From positions 323,822 to 387,821 of the forward strand of contig NIVC01000532.1 of the NCBI GenBank assembly GCA_002269645.1: a stretch of DNA of 64,000 nt. The letters run 5' to 3'. The DNA is from Macrostomum lignano. Taxonomy: Eukaryota. Each line of letters opens with the position of its first letter. The stretch's first letter is position 1. The notes beneath the pieces were generated by a model. It was not told the DNA's origin. It made no database searches and saw nothing but the letters and a program-made list of their open reading frames with translations. This document shows positions 1 to 13,500 of the stretch, one piece after another. Position numbers and translations under genes: made by a program.

Positions 1-299
1 GGCGTCAATGCAGCAACCCTACAAAGCTTTTCTGCTAACAAGCCTATTTAAAGTGGCACTTGTTATCTTTTAATCAGCCCACAGTTCAGGCACCCTTGGT
101 ATTGACCGACTATATTTTGAGCTCAACAATATTTCCACCAGCTCTTTCCAACCCGTAACAGAACACATTCGGGTATGAAACTGGAGCAGGGAGTGCAGAG
201 TCTGCCTTGTTTTGCCAATCCGAAAACCCAAGCACAGAAGAATCTGGCCGCTTTCTATGGGTCAGACATGGTGCTCGGGATACAGCTGACACTGACACT

Positions 300-973
300 T
301 CCCTGACTCTAGTGATACCCCTGACACTCTACAGTGACACCCCTGACTCTAGTGATACCCCTGACACTAGTGACACCGCTGACACTCTAGCGACACCCCT
401 GACACTCTAGTTACACCCCTGACACTCTAGTGACACCCCTGACACTCTAGTGACACCCCTGACACTCTAGTGACACCCCTGACACTCTAGTGACACCCCT
501 GACACTCTAGTGACACCCCTGACACTCTAGTGACACCCCTGACACTCTAGTGACACCCCTGACACTCTAGTGACACCCCTGACACTCTAGTGACACCCCT
601 GACACTCTAGTGACACCCCTGACACTCTAGTGACACCCCTGACACTCTAGTGACACCCCTAACACTCTAGTGATACCCCTGACACTCTAGTGACACCCCT
701 GACACTCTAGTGACACCCCTGACACTCTAGTGACACCCCTGAGTCTCTAGTGACACCCCTGACACTCTAGTTACACCCCTGACACTCTAGTGACACCCCT
801 GACACTCTAGTGACACCCCTAACACTCTAGTGACACCCCTGACACTCTAGTTACACCCCTGACACTCTAGTGACACCCCTGACACTCTAGTGACACCCCT
901 AACACTCTAGTGACACCCCTGACACTCTAGTGACACCCCTGACACTCTAGTGACACCCCTGACACTAGTGACA
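300..973. repeat. 20-bp minisatellite (GACACTCTAGTGACACCCCT)n
   Basis: Directly visible tandem array of about 33 near-identical units. Confidence 0.97.
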
Positions 974-2163
974 AATTCTGACATTCCTTTGGCGCCCCTG
1001 AATCCTCTTAGAGCCGTAAACAAAGCCCTTTTTTGGCGCTCCTGACACCCTGACAACCAGCCAGCCCTGAGCAATAGGGGCGGTTCCCGGTCTCGCAGCC
1101 GCTCAAACAGGTAGGCAAAGAGTAACGGACGGAACCTACCCGACTGTAAATGAAACTGAGGCGGAGGGGTATTGAATTAAAGAAAAATCACAGATTTGCT
1201 CAGACACAGAGAGAGAGAGAGAGTCAGTCAAGCCCAATGCCAGGACAAGAAGATCCGCAGATTCCAAGAAAGAACGCCCTGGGCCGTTTCTGCTCCCCTC
1301 CCTCCCCTCTCTGAGGCTCCCTTCCTCATCTCCGCTGAGTAGATCGATGCTAGCCCTCTTTTTCTGGGGATCTGCGCCTGTCTGCGGTATCGGATATCCC
1401 ACAGTCGGCTGCTCAGTGGGCGAACTGGGAAAAAAATCCCTTCGATTTGATCGCCGCCCCAACCCCTCCTCCGCCAGTTTTTGCTTTGTGTTTCTTTCTT
1501 TCCTGCTACGCCATTTTCTGACTTTGATGACGGCGAATGGGGTTGTGCGGCAGCTGAGGTCAGGGATGCGGGGAGATGATGCCTGTCGGACAACAAAGCT
1601 CCGCTCCAGCTGCCTGTGTTTCTTTTAAGTTCCTTCGATAAATCGAGCCGCCAGCCGCTGCCACCGCAGTGGGAGAGAGGGAGGGAGGGTCGCGGAGGGG
1701 GATTATTGTCCCCAGGACTAACGATTCCCGTTAACTGCCTGTTCGATGCAGCGCGGGGTGCGGATGCGGGGAAGCAAGGCCAGTTTTAAAGAACTAATAT
1801 AGGATTTCAATTTTATCGAATTGCTTCTGGCTGCAACCCCCCTGGAGGCCGACCACCACCCCAAGCGGCCACTATGTAACTGGGGGACTGGCGGCTGCGG
1901 CTGCAGCAGCAACTACGGTGGAGGCGAGTGCAAATCAACTTCTCGGCAAGTGCTCAGAGCAGACGGCCGCTGGGCTATCAACTCAAGTCAAGGTACGAAG
2001 TTATGGTCTAATTTGACGCTATCTATTGTTTAATTAATTATTTGTAGCAGCAGCTCGCAAGTGAAAAGGTCCGCTGTACATCTCCTGGGCTCAACGGGGT
2101 GACAGCTTGCCTGATTGGGGGCGGCAGAACCTGACGGCGAGGGGATGCCGGAGATTGAGACGC

Positions 2164-2430
2164 CCCTGACACCCAGTATGTCGCTTCCTGACACCCAGTT
2201 TGGCGCTTCCTGACACCCAGTTTGGCGCTTCCTGACACCCGGTATGGCGTTTCCTGACGCCCGGTATGGCGCTTCCCTGGCACTCAGTATGGCGCTTCTT
2301 GACACCCGACATGGCGCTTCCTGACGCCCGGTATGGCGCTTCCTGACACCCAGTTTGGCGCTTCTTGACACCCGGTATGGCGCTTCCTGACTCAACCCAA
2401 ATCGGCACTCCCTGACACAAAATTGGCGCG
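2164..2430. repeat. ~22-bp minisatellite (CCTGACACCCAGTTTGGCGCTT)n, degenerate
   Basis: About 12 variable units. Explains the repetitive ORFs at 2030-2498. Confidence 0.9.
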
Positions 2431-3067
2431 CATTTAGCCAAAGAATTCAAAGTACTAAAACTGCAGCTACAAAACTCCTGTATGGTACAGCAATACACAG
2501 TCGCTAAGGGGCTTGGCTAGGCACTGTGGAAGGATTTCCATTCACAGGCCTGAGAAATATTCTCCTGGAGCAAGCAACTCTCCAAGGAGTTATTAAAACT
2601 TCAAGACTAGCTATCCAGGCTTCTTTCGCACCCCCCTTCGGCTTTCGTGGCTTATCAGCTTCTCAGCAGCTTAACGAATTAAACAAGATGGAGGGTACCC
2701 ACACTCGCCAGCCTGGCAAATAACATGTGCAATTGCCTGCCAGCAGTAGCAGCAGCTCGGCTTCATAATTAGTTGGTCAAACACGCGCGAGGAGGAGGAG
2801 GAGAGTTAAGTTGTCAGTCAGACATTCCAATATGCGTGACCCTTCGATCTGGGCGCTGCTGGAGTTACGATCAGAGTTTCTCTCTCCAAGCTCAATGCAA
2901 TCTGCACCGCTTGCGGTCTCATAGTCGGAATATGGTTCACGCCTTCACTTGGACAGCTATACAATTCTCCAAGTGCCTTTCTCACTATAGCCCCAACTCC
3001 TCTCTCCATAATACATGTATCTATCTCACATCTTGTCTCTCTATTCACTTATCTCCTTCTCTCCCCA

Positions 3068-3720
3068 CCGTATCTGTTCCCTCTGTCCCTCCGTATCTGT
3101 TCCCCCACTCCCTCCGTATCTATTCCCTCTGTCCCTCCGTATCTATTCCCTCTGTCCCTCCGTATCTATTCCCTCTGTCCCTCCGTATCTATTCCCTCTG
3201 TCCCTCCGTATCTGTTCCCCCACTCCCTTTGTATATATTCCCCCACTCCCTCTGTATCTATTTCCTCTGTCCCTCCGTATCTATTCCACCTGTCCCTCCT
3301 TATCTATTCCCCCTGTCCCTCCGTATCTATTCCACCACTCCCTCTTGTATCTATTTCCTCTGTCCCTCCGTATCTGTTCCCCCACTCCCTCCGTATCTAT
3401 TCCCTCTGTCCCTCCGTATCTATTCCCCCACTCCCTCCGTATCTATTCCCTCTGTCCCTCCGTATCTATTCCCTCTGTCCCTCCGTATCTATCCCCTCTG
3501 TCCCTCCGTATCCAATTCCCCATTCCCTCCGTATCCTTCTCCCGTATATATTCCCTCTACTGCCGTATCTATAGCCTCTACTTCCATTTCTATTCCCTCT
3601 AATGTGATATCTATAGCCTCTACTCCCGTATCTATTACCTCTCCCTCTCTCACCCCCGTACCTATTTCCCATCTCACCTCTCACTCTCCATATCTCGCAC
3701 TAACTCCCATATCTTTCCCA
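3068..3720. repeat. ~23-bp pyrimidine-rich minisatellite (CCCTCCGTATCTATTCCCTCTGT)n with degenerate tail
   Basis: Tandem units to about 3545, then decay. Explains ORFs 2773-3723 and 3015-3602. Confidence 0.9.
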
Positions 3721-4484
3721 TAAATCTAAACGCCCAATCCCAAACAGATCCAAAGCTTCATCAGTTCACAGCTCAATAGAAGCTATAAAATTATAGCATA
3801 ATATTTAGTATAAGCATGCCCCCTCTTGATCGGCATTGCCTGGGAATCTGACAGTTCAACGCAGAGCTGTCCAGAACGCGGCCACGTGCACGGCAGCAGA
3901 GAGAATCTCTTTCTACCTGAAGTATTTCTGGCAGGCTAACCCAAGAGGGTTCAAGACTGAGCAGGTGACGCTGGAACACCACTGCCATGCGGCAGCTTCA
4001 TCAAGATTAAGAGCTGCGTTGGTTAAGAGAAAAGGATTTGTGGCAAGATTGCTTCATTTAATATTCAGCCCGCAACAAAGAGGAGAACCTGGTCTCTGAT
4101 TAGTGGCATGCGAACGTCTTTAACCAGTCAAAAAATCCATCTCCTCTTGCCGTGAAAAATCTCTCCTTTTTCCAGGTTGAAAAACTGAGTCCACTCTGGT
4201 CCGAGAAGCAAAAAGCCAGCCTTCTCACTTCATCCAAGCGCTTTTGTTTACTAATTCGAAAATTCATTGCCTGACGCGGCTGTTGCCACTTCACTCCCTT
4301 TCCTGGCTGGCTACCTCGGGTTCTTGAAGAAAATTACTTTCTCCTAGAAGCAAAAGTTTGGCAGCGGTTGCCCGGTAGAATAAAAAACGCAAATTTGCCT
4401 GCTGCAGTAGATTTCCGAGCGTGCAGAAGTGAAACGATGGATGGTTGCAATGTCCTGTCAGGACTTGTTTAAACCTATATAGGT

Positions 4485-5212
4485 CATCTAGGATATTGGG
4501 AAATCCCTTGCCTTAATGTACCTGGATATTGGATAATCCTCTGCCTTAATCTACCTGGATATAGGATACTCCTCTGCCTTAATCTACCTGGATATTGGAT
4601 AATCCTCTGCCTTAATCTACTTAATATTGGATAATCCTCTGCCTAAATCTACCTGGATATTGGATAATCCTCTGCCTTAATCTACCTGGATATTGGATAA
4701 TCCTCTGCCTTAATCTCCATCGATATTGGATAATCCTCTGCCTTAATCTACCTGGATATTGGATAATCCTCTGCCTTAATCTACCTGCATATTGGATAAT
4801 CCTCGGCCCTAATCTACCTGCATATTGGATAATCCTCTGCCCCAATCTACCTGGATATAGGATAATCCTCTGCCTTAATCTACCTGGATATAGGATAATC
4901 CTCTGCCCTAATCTACCTGCATATTGGATAATCCTCTGCCCTAATCTACCTGTATATTGGATAATCCTCTGCCTTAATCTACCTGCATATTGGATAATCC
5001 TCTGCCTTAATCTACCTGCATATTGGATAATCCTCTGCCTTAATCTACCTGCATATTGGATAATCCTCTGCCTTAATCTACCTCCATATTGAATAATCCT
5101 CTGCCTTAATCTACCTGCATATTGGATAATCCTCTGCCTTAATCTACCTGCATATTGGATAATCCTCTGCCTTAATCTACCTGCATATTGATAATCCTCT
5201 GCCCTAATCTAA
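4485..5212. repeat. 33-bp minisatellite (CTACCTGGATATTGGATAATCCTCTGCCTTAAT)n
   Basis: About 22 tandem units; 11-aa periodicity in ORF 4621-4845. Confidence 0.95.
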
Positions 5213-5913
5213 CTCGACATTGAAAAACAACCCATTAGCTGAATCAGGTAAACAAATTTTCGAAAAGGTGAAAGGACGAGCACGCAACCTGGTGGTGCCA
5301 GGAAAATTTGAGGAGCCTGCAATCTAGGAATGAAGGAGCTGAAAATCGATCATTCAGCAGCACAGGGCCACCGCTGTTCCACTTTCTTCTTCTAAAAGAG
5401 AGACATACAAGGAGCTGCTGTTTCAATTCCAGCGTGGGAATGCCGCGGATGGGCAACCGAAGCGCGACGCGCCGGAGACGGGGAGGGGGGGGGGGTAACG
5501 GAGAAGGGAAAAGTAAGATGGCGAAAATCAATGAAAATCTGGGCCTAGTTTCCCCCAGCCTCTCATTATCCCAACGCTAATGGGAAAACTAAGAGAAATT
5601 AATGATTATCGATACTTCTCCTCTCTCTGGGCCGGCAGAGTGGCGGCCGGGGCCCGGGGGCCCCTCCCAAAACTGCCCCCTCCCCTCCCCTGCCAACAGT
5701 CCGTCCATTATTTAAGCGCCTCGCCCAGCCCCTGCTTAGCGATTTTTCTCTTAGCGAGTGAGTTTAGCCAACAGCAATTATTTCCTGCCTCAAGTTATCA
5801 TACTCAATCGATAGCGGGCTGCGCTGGGCGATGGCGGTACCTGCCGCATAGCGGATGCCGACACTAATCCCTTTCTCTTCAACTTTCCCCTGACAAAACT
5901 GTTGTGTGCTGAC

Positions 5914-7130
5914 AGGCGATTCTCAGGGCGGTTTAGGGCGATTCTCAATGGCGATTCTTAGGGCAGTTTAGGGCGATTCTCAATGGCGATTCTTAGGGCA
6001 GTTGAGGGCGATTCTCAATGGCGATTCTTAGGGCAGTTTAGGGCGATTCTCAATGGCGATTCTTAGGGCAGTTTAGGGCGATTCTCAAGGCGGTTTAGGG
6101 CGACTCTCAATGGCGATTCTTAGGGCGGTTTACGGCGATTCTCAATGGCGATTCTTAGGGCAGTTTAGGGCGATTCTCAATGGCGATTATTAGGGCAGTT
6201 TAGGGCGATTCTCAATGGCGATTCTTAGGGCAGTTTAGGGCGATTCTCAATGGCGATTCTTAGGGGAGTTTAGGGCGATTCTCAATGGCGATTCTTAGGG
6301 CGGTTTACGGCGATTCTCAATGGCGATTATTAGGGCGGTTTAGGGCGATTCTTAGGGCAGTTAAGGGCGATTTTCAATGGCGATTCTTAGGGCAGATTAG
6401 GGCGATTCTTAGGGCAGTTAAGGGCGATTCTCAATGGCGATTCTTAGGGCAGATTAGGGCGATTCTTAGGGCAGTTAAGGGCGATTCTCAATGGCGATTT
6501 TTAGGGCGGTTTACGGCGATTCTCAATGGCGATTTTCAGGGCGGTTTAGGGCGATTCTCAATGGCGATTCTTAGGGCAGTTTAGGGCGATTCTCAATGGC
6601 GATTCTTAGGGCGGTTTACGGCGATTCTCAATCGCGATTCTTAGGGCAGATTAGAGCGATTCTTAGGGCACTTAAGGGCGATTCTCAATGGCGACTCTTA
6701 GGACAGATTAGGGCGATTCTTAGGGCAGTTAAGGGCGATTCTCAATGGCGATTTTTAGGGCGGTTTACGGCGATTCTCAATAGCGATTCTTAGGGCGGTT
6801 TAGGGCGATTCTCAATGGCGACTCTTAGGACAGATTAGGGCGATTCTTAGGGCAGTTAAGGGCGATTCTCAATGGCGATTTTTAGGGCGGTTTACGGCGA
6901 TTCTCAAGACGGTTTAGGGCGATTCTTAGGGCGATTCTTAATAGCGATTCCTATGGCAGTTTAGGGCGATTCTCAATGGCGATTCTTAGGGCGGTTTAGG
7001 GCGATTCTCAAGACGGTTTAGGGCGATTCTTAGGGTGGTTTAGGGCGATTCTCAATGGCGATTCTTAGGGCGGTTTACGGTGATTCTCAATGGCGATTCT
7101 TAGGGCAGTTTAGGGTGATTCAGGGTGGAA
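5914..7130. repeat. Composite ~35-bp minisatellite (GGGCGATTCTCAATGGCGATTCTTAGGGCAGTTTA)n containing TTAGGG
   Basis: Tandem units built from ~12-bp subunits; two TTAGGG per full unit. Confidence 0.95.
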
Positions 7131-7806
7131 AAGAGGCGATTTTAAGGGCGGTTAAGAGGCGACTCTCAGGCCGGTAGAAAAGTAGCACCTTTATAAAAAT
7201 TTGAGAAGCAATTCTACAGTTTTACCGGTCACAACACTCCCAGTTATGTAAATTTTACCCATTTCAGGTGAACGATCGACGCAAACAATCCGCTGAAACT
7301 AATGAACAACCATAGGCAATTAATTATTGCACTACCGCAAATCAGACTACTCTCGCTTCCTAAACAGTAGAATGTAACGCATTTTAAGTATTAACTATTA
7401 CAAAAAACTTAATCTGAAGCAGGAAATTATTACAAATATACGAGGTAATGGAATAGAAAATAATTTATGCTGCAAAACAAATATATATATATAGTAAACA
7501 TTATATTTATAACCGTTCATTTACTTAACGAATTGCGTGCACTTACACTGCGATAATAAAGCGGTGCAGTAAGACAAAACAAAGAATAAATTAAACACAA
7601 CTTAAATAATCTTCGCATCGGCTATGCATAAATGACGGAGTTGGAATTTTCCTAGCTAGCTAAAATACAGCAGATTATATAAAGAGAACTTATTTATTAA
7701 CCACTGGGTTTTGTAGGCTAAAAACGTGAGAAAATAACGGCATTTATGAGGGGAAAATGCAAGGCTAATGCTGCGGCTGAGAGGGTGACGGCGACAGAAA
7801 GCTAGA

Positions 7807-9160
7807 AATCCTAGAAAACACGCACGCAACAGAGTGACAATTCCTAGAAAACACGCAACAGAGCGACAATTCCTAGAAAACACGCACGCAACAGAGTGAC
7901 AATTCCTAGAAAACACGCAACAGAGTGATTATTCCTAGAAAACACGCACGCAACAGAGTGACAATTCCTAGAAAACACGCAACAGAGTGACTATTCCTAG
8001 AAAACACGCACACAACAGAGTGACAATTCCTAGAAAACACGCAACAGACTGACAATTCCTAGAAAACACGCAACAGAGTGACAACTCCTAGAAAACACGC
8101 AACAGAGTGACAACTCCTAGAAAACACGCAACAGAGTGACAATTCCTAGAAAACACGCACGCAACAGAGTGACAATTCCTAGAAAACACGCAACAGAGTG
8201 ACAATTCCTAGAAAACACACAACAGAGTGACAACTCCTAGAAAACACGCAACAGAGTGACTTTTCCTAGAAAACACGCACGCAACAGAGCGACAATTCCT
8301 AGAAAACACGCAACAGAGTGACAATTCCTAGAAAACACGCACGCAACAGAGCGACAATTCCTAGAAAACACGCAACAGAGTGACTATTCCTAGAAAACAC
8401 GCACGCAACAGAGCGACAATTCCTAGAAAACACGCACGCAACAGAGCGACAATTCCTAGAAAACACGCAACAGAGCGACAATTCCTAGAAAACACGCAAC
8501 AGAGTGACTATTCCTAGAAAACACGCACGCAACAGAGTGACTATTCCTAGAAAACACGCAACAGAGTGACAATTCCTAGAAAACACGCAACAGAGTGACT
8601 ATTCCTAGAAAACACGCACGCAACAGAGTGACTATTCCTAGAAAACACGCAACAGAGCGACAATTCCTAGAAAACACGCAACAGAGCGACAATTCCTAGA
8701 AAACACGCAACAGAGTGACTATTCCTAGAAAACACGCACGCAACAGAGTGACTATTCCTAGAAAACACGCAACAGAGTGACAATTCCTAGAAAACACGCA
8801 ACAGAGTGACTATTCCTAGAAAACACGCACGCAACAGAGTGACTATTCCTAGAAAACACGCAACAGAGCGACAATTCCTAGAAAACACGCACGCAACAGA
8901 GCGACAATTCCTAGAAAACACGCAACAGAGCGACAATTCCTAGAAAACACGCAACAGAGTGACTATTCCTAGAAAACACGCACGCAACAGAGTGACTATT
9001 CCTAGAAAACACGCAACAGAGTGACAATTCCTAGAAAACACGCAACAGAGTGACAATTCATAGAAAACACGCAACAGTGACAATTCCTAGAAAACACGCA
9101 CGCAACAGAGCGACAATTCCTAGAAAACATGCAACAGAGTGACTATTCCTAGAAAACATG
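7807..9160. repeat. 29/33-bp minisatellite (TTCCTAGAAAACACGC[ACGC]AACAGAGTGACAA)n
   Basis: Tandem units with or without a 4-bp ACGC insert. Confidence 0.96.
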
Positions 9161-9521
9161 CAATAAGCCAGTACACAATGACAGACAGAGTTCAGTCCAG
9201 TCTAGAATGAAGAAACGTAACCGGGTGAGAAGAGAACGGTGAGATCGATTTCGGATTTGCACAATGCCGTCTGTTTCACCAAATATTTTTACAATTAACA
9301 AAACAATCGTTAACAATAGTAAAAACGGAATTTTTCGGTGAAAGAGAGAGAGAATTTCAAACAAACAGGAATTAAAAGCTAAAGCTGTGCTGATAAAGCT
9401 TACATTATTAAGCGTAAATTTATTGTTACTGTTCTTGATATAGAACCGGAAAAAAGTTACAAATTAGCTAGTTAACAATGCGTATGTACAGCTACGACTC
9501 ATGAAAGTAAGTAAAATAAAG

Positions 9522-10171
9522 GTGGCCCAGCAACTGAGCATCTGGGAGGCTGGCCAAGAAACTGAGGATCTGGGAGGCTGGCCCAGCAACTGAGCATCTG
9601 GGAGGCTGGCCCAGCAACTGAGCATCTGGGAGGCTGGCCCAGCAACTGAGGATCTGGGAGGCTGGCCCAGAAACTGAGGATCTGGGAGGCTGGCCCAGAA
9701 ACTGAGGATCTGGGAGGCTGGCCCTGCAACTGAGGATCTGGGAGGCTGGCCCAGCAACTGAGCATCTGGGAGGCTGGCCCAGCAACTGAGGATCTGGGAG
9801 GCTGGCCCAGCAACTGAGCATCTGGGAGGCTGGCCCAGCAACTGAGCATCTGGGAGGCTGGCCCAGCAGCTGAGCATCTGGGAGGCTGGCCCAGCAACTG
9901 AGCATCTGGGAGGCTGGCCCAGAAACAGAGCATCTAGGAGGCTGGCCCAGCAACTGAGGATCTGGGAAGCTGGCCCAGCAACTGAGCATCTGGGAGGCTG
10001 GCACAGAAACTGAGCATCTGGGAGGCTGGCCCAGCAACTGAGCATCTGGGAAGCTGGCCTAGCAACTGAGCATCTGGCCGATTGGCCCAGCAACTGAGCA
10101 TCTGGCCGATTGGCCCAGCAACTGAGCATCTGGCCGATTGGCCCAGCAACTGAGCATCTGGCCGATTGGCC
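9522..10171. repeat. 28-bp minisatellite (AACTGAGCATCTGGGAGGCTGGCCCAGC)n
   Basis: About 23 units. The unit is the reverse complement of the 17641-18165 array unit. Confidence 0.96.
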
Positions 10172-10236
10172 CCTTAAAAAGCATTTTAAGCAACGAATTT
10201 AAGAATAAACTATAAATCAAAACAACCGGAGGAAAT

Positions 10237-10513
10237 AGTACACACGGAACCATAGTACACACGGAACCATAGTACACACGGAACCATAGTACACACGGAA
10301 CCATAGTACACACGGAACCATAGTACACACGGAACCATAGTACACACGGAACCATAGTACACACGGAACCATAGTACACACGGAACCATAGTACACACGG
10401 AACCATAGTACACACGGAACCATAGTACACACGGAACCATAGTACACACGGAACCATAGTACACACGGAACCATAGTACACACGGAACCATAGTACACAT
10501 GGAACCATAGTAC
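10237..10513. repeat. 17-bp minisatellite (AGTACACACGGAACCAT)n
   Basis: About 16 near-perfect units starting a few nt downstream of the R3HCC1L-like stop codon (minus-strand direction). Confidence 0.96.
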
Positions 10514-10519
10514 AGTATC

Positions 10520-13500
10520 CTACTGACTTCGCAGAGATCGCCAATTGCCATCGCTGCAGCGCGAGTTCATGCGGCTGTCGCCAATGCCGCCGTCCTTCTG
10601 CCTGCCGCCGAGGCCGGCACTGCTGGCCCGCGCACCGCCCAGATGATTGCGGATGAATCGGTGCGCCACTTTGACGTCGGTTTCTGGGCGCCGTTTCGCC
10701 GGCGCCAAAGTAGTGTCGGTCTGATTTGAGGCAATGCAAGCGGCTATGAATGCGGCCACTGCCGGGCTGGCCTGAGACACCTGAAGAGGAAACGGCCGAG
10801 CCGACTCTTATTGCTTCAACTATTGACCCCATTGCTAAATCCCCTGGCAACCCCAGACGCCGAAATCCTTTGTGGACGTCGAAATCCCCTGGCAACCCCT
10901 AGACACCGAAATCCCATGGCAACCCCTAGACACCGAAATCCTTTGTGGACGTCGAAATCCCCTGGCCACCCCTAGACACCGAAATTCTTTTGTGGACGTC
11001 GAAATCCCCTGGCAACCCCTAGACACCGAAATTCTTTTGTGGACGTCGAAATCCCCTGGCAACCCCTAGACACTGAAATCCCCTGACAACCCCTAGACAC
11101 CAAAATCCCCTGGCAATCCCTAGACACCGAAATCCCCTGGCAACCCCTAGACACCGAAATCCCCTGGCAACCCCTAGACACCGAAATCCACTTACCGGTC
11201 TCATTCTGAGACAATCCGGCGGCCTCATCGCCGCCTGTTCGGCCTCGCCAGCCGAGGCGAACGCCGCCAGCAGGTGACCATCGTCAACAAATTGAATCCT
11301 CGGCTGGCCGAATCGGCGCAACGAATGACCGACATCGTCAACGTGCAAATCAGTGGCAAAGTCGTACAGCTCGATAAGGTGGCCCAGCTTGCCAGTGTCG
11401 ATGCTAGAAGAGTTTGTCGGCGACAAAGACAGACTGGCAATGTCCAGCGTGGTCGATTCCGTCGCTAGCGCTGTCGGTCGCCGTCTCACCCACTTCTCTC
11501 GGTCAGCGGCCTCCCGACGAGCTTCGCGTCTTCGACGCTGTTCATCGGCCTCACGACGTCGACGACAATCGTCGGCCTCTTCAGCTTCGCGGATTAGCAG
11601 GGCCCGGCGGCCTGGCGGCACGTATTTGGCTTGGTCGGGCCTTCTGTATACGCCACTGCTACTGTTACTACTACTTGTGTCAGTAGTTGATGAGGACAGC
11701 GCAGCTACTGGCTCAATCGAATCTGCGTAGGTAGTTTTTTATTGTCTATTACAGACAGTCTTAATGCTTTAAATATTCTTCAACTTCAAAAGTTAACTCA
11801 GTGGAAAGTTCTAATTACTAGCATATTCCAGTAGTTATTTTCTATTTGTGTAATTTTAACTCGTTTTTTTGTCATAGACTCAGTCTAAAATTAATTAACA
11901 TTGTAGTGAGTACACCTCTTCCAGCCTGTTTTAAAGGACATGTAGTCCTTTCCTGCACTATTTATTTATTTGTGTTTTTCTTTGCAAGAGTCCTGGTCCA
12001 GTAAAAATGCCTCCCCCCCCTACATAGTTCTCTAACTCTGCATTTTTTTGGTTATGAATAAACCTGCTATTTGGGGGGGGGTGTCTCTTCCAAAAATCTC
12101 AATCCATTCTTGGCAATTCTGCCTACATTCTTATTGTGACTATGTCATGCTAGAAATAAACTAGGCCTAGGTTTTTCGTGTCATAGGCATGCCATGAAAT
12201 ATCAAAATTAAAAATGGCATAATGATTGATGCTATTATGCCAAAAAGGTATAACAATTTTTTTGCCATTATTCTATTGCCAAATTGCCAATGCTGAATCC
12301 CCAATTCCAAATTTCAATTTTGCTTTTAAATTTGTTCAAATATTACCTTGTTTTTTGTGACAGTTGTATGATTTATAATTTGTACAGTATGATCAATGGC
12401 AAATTGTATCTTATCATGCATTCTTAGAAATTTTGCTTTTGTAATTGGAATTGGCAAATTCTATCTTGCATTTTATGCCAATGGCATGTCAAAATTGATA
12501 AAGGCATAATAATTTTGATGCTATTATGCCAAATGGCATAATGATTTTGACAAAAAAAACCCAGGACTAGGCATCACCTGAAACCATATATGCATGCTAA
12601 AGGCAGTTAAGACTGATATTCTAACTCCATATTGAATGCAAGTAGGTTGGCAAGCAAGGGTCTGAATATGAATGTTAATATGAATATAAATTTTATTGCA
12701 TTTTTGACTAAGGCAGGTCACTTTAATTCAAATTTAATTTTAAGTTTTGTTTATCCCCTTAACCATTAACAAGGTTTGTTAGAGCTCAACTTCTACATAT
12801 TTCAAAATGCATGCAAAAATAGTTCCAATAGATTTATTGGAATTCAGTAGGTTTAAAAGAGTGCCAGGCTTTTTGGCGACAGTTGATTTTGGCAACATGA
12901 AAAATTGTGACTTTGGCGCAACAAGCAATATTAAATTTGGCAACAAGTACATTTTGTCAACAATGTTTATTGTCTAAGTACAACTGTGTGTTTCCAAGAG
13001 TGTTCTAGCTCAATCCAAGTCAAAGTCAATGCAGTTGTCATTGAAAACCAAACCGTAGATCCAAAAGCCGCGCAAATGACCCAATGCCCTCACCCACCCC
13101 AAATCAGAGAAGTGAAGGAGACTAAAGCTACCTGACAGTAGCATGAAAATTATGGTGTACTATGGCGCCATAACCCATCACCCTCCCCCCACACACCAGC
13201 TAAGTATAAGCTATATATTTCAAAGCGCTGACACTTTTAGTCAACTAAAACTTTTTGCCGAATTTAACATTGCTTGTCACTGAAGTCACCATTTTCTGTG
13301 TCGCCGAAATGCCTGGAATTCGTTTAAAATCCCTGGGTTTTATAACAGCTTCTAAAAAAATAAATATCAAATAATAACTATTTGCCTTTATTATCCTATA
13401 TATAACTGGCATATTATCAAGTAACCAAATTTATCAATAATACATATGGCGAAATCCAAAAATTGGGGGCAAGTTTTATGAAAATTTGTTTTTTGGCAAT

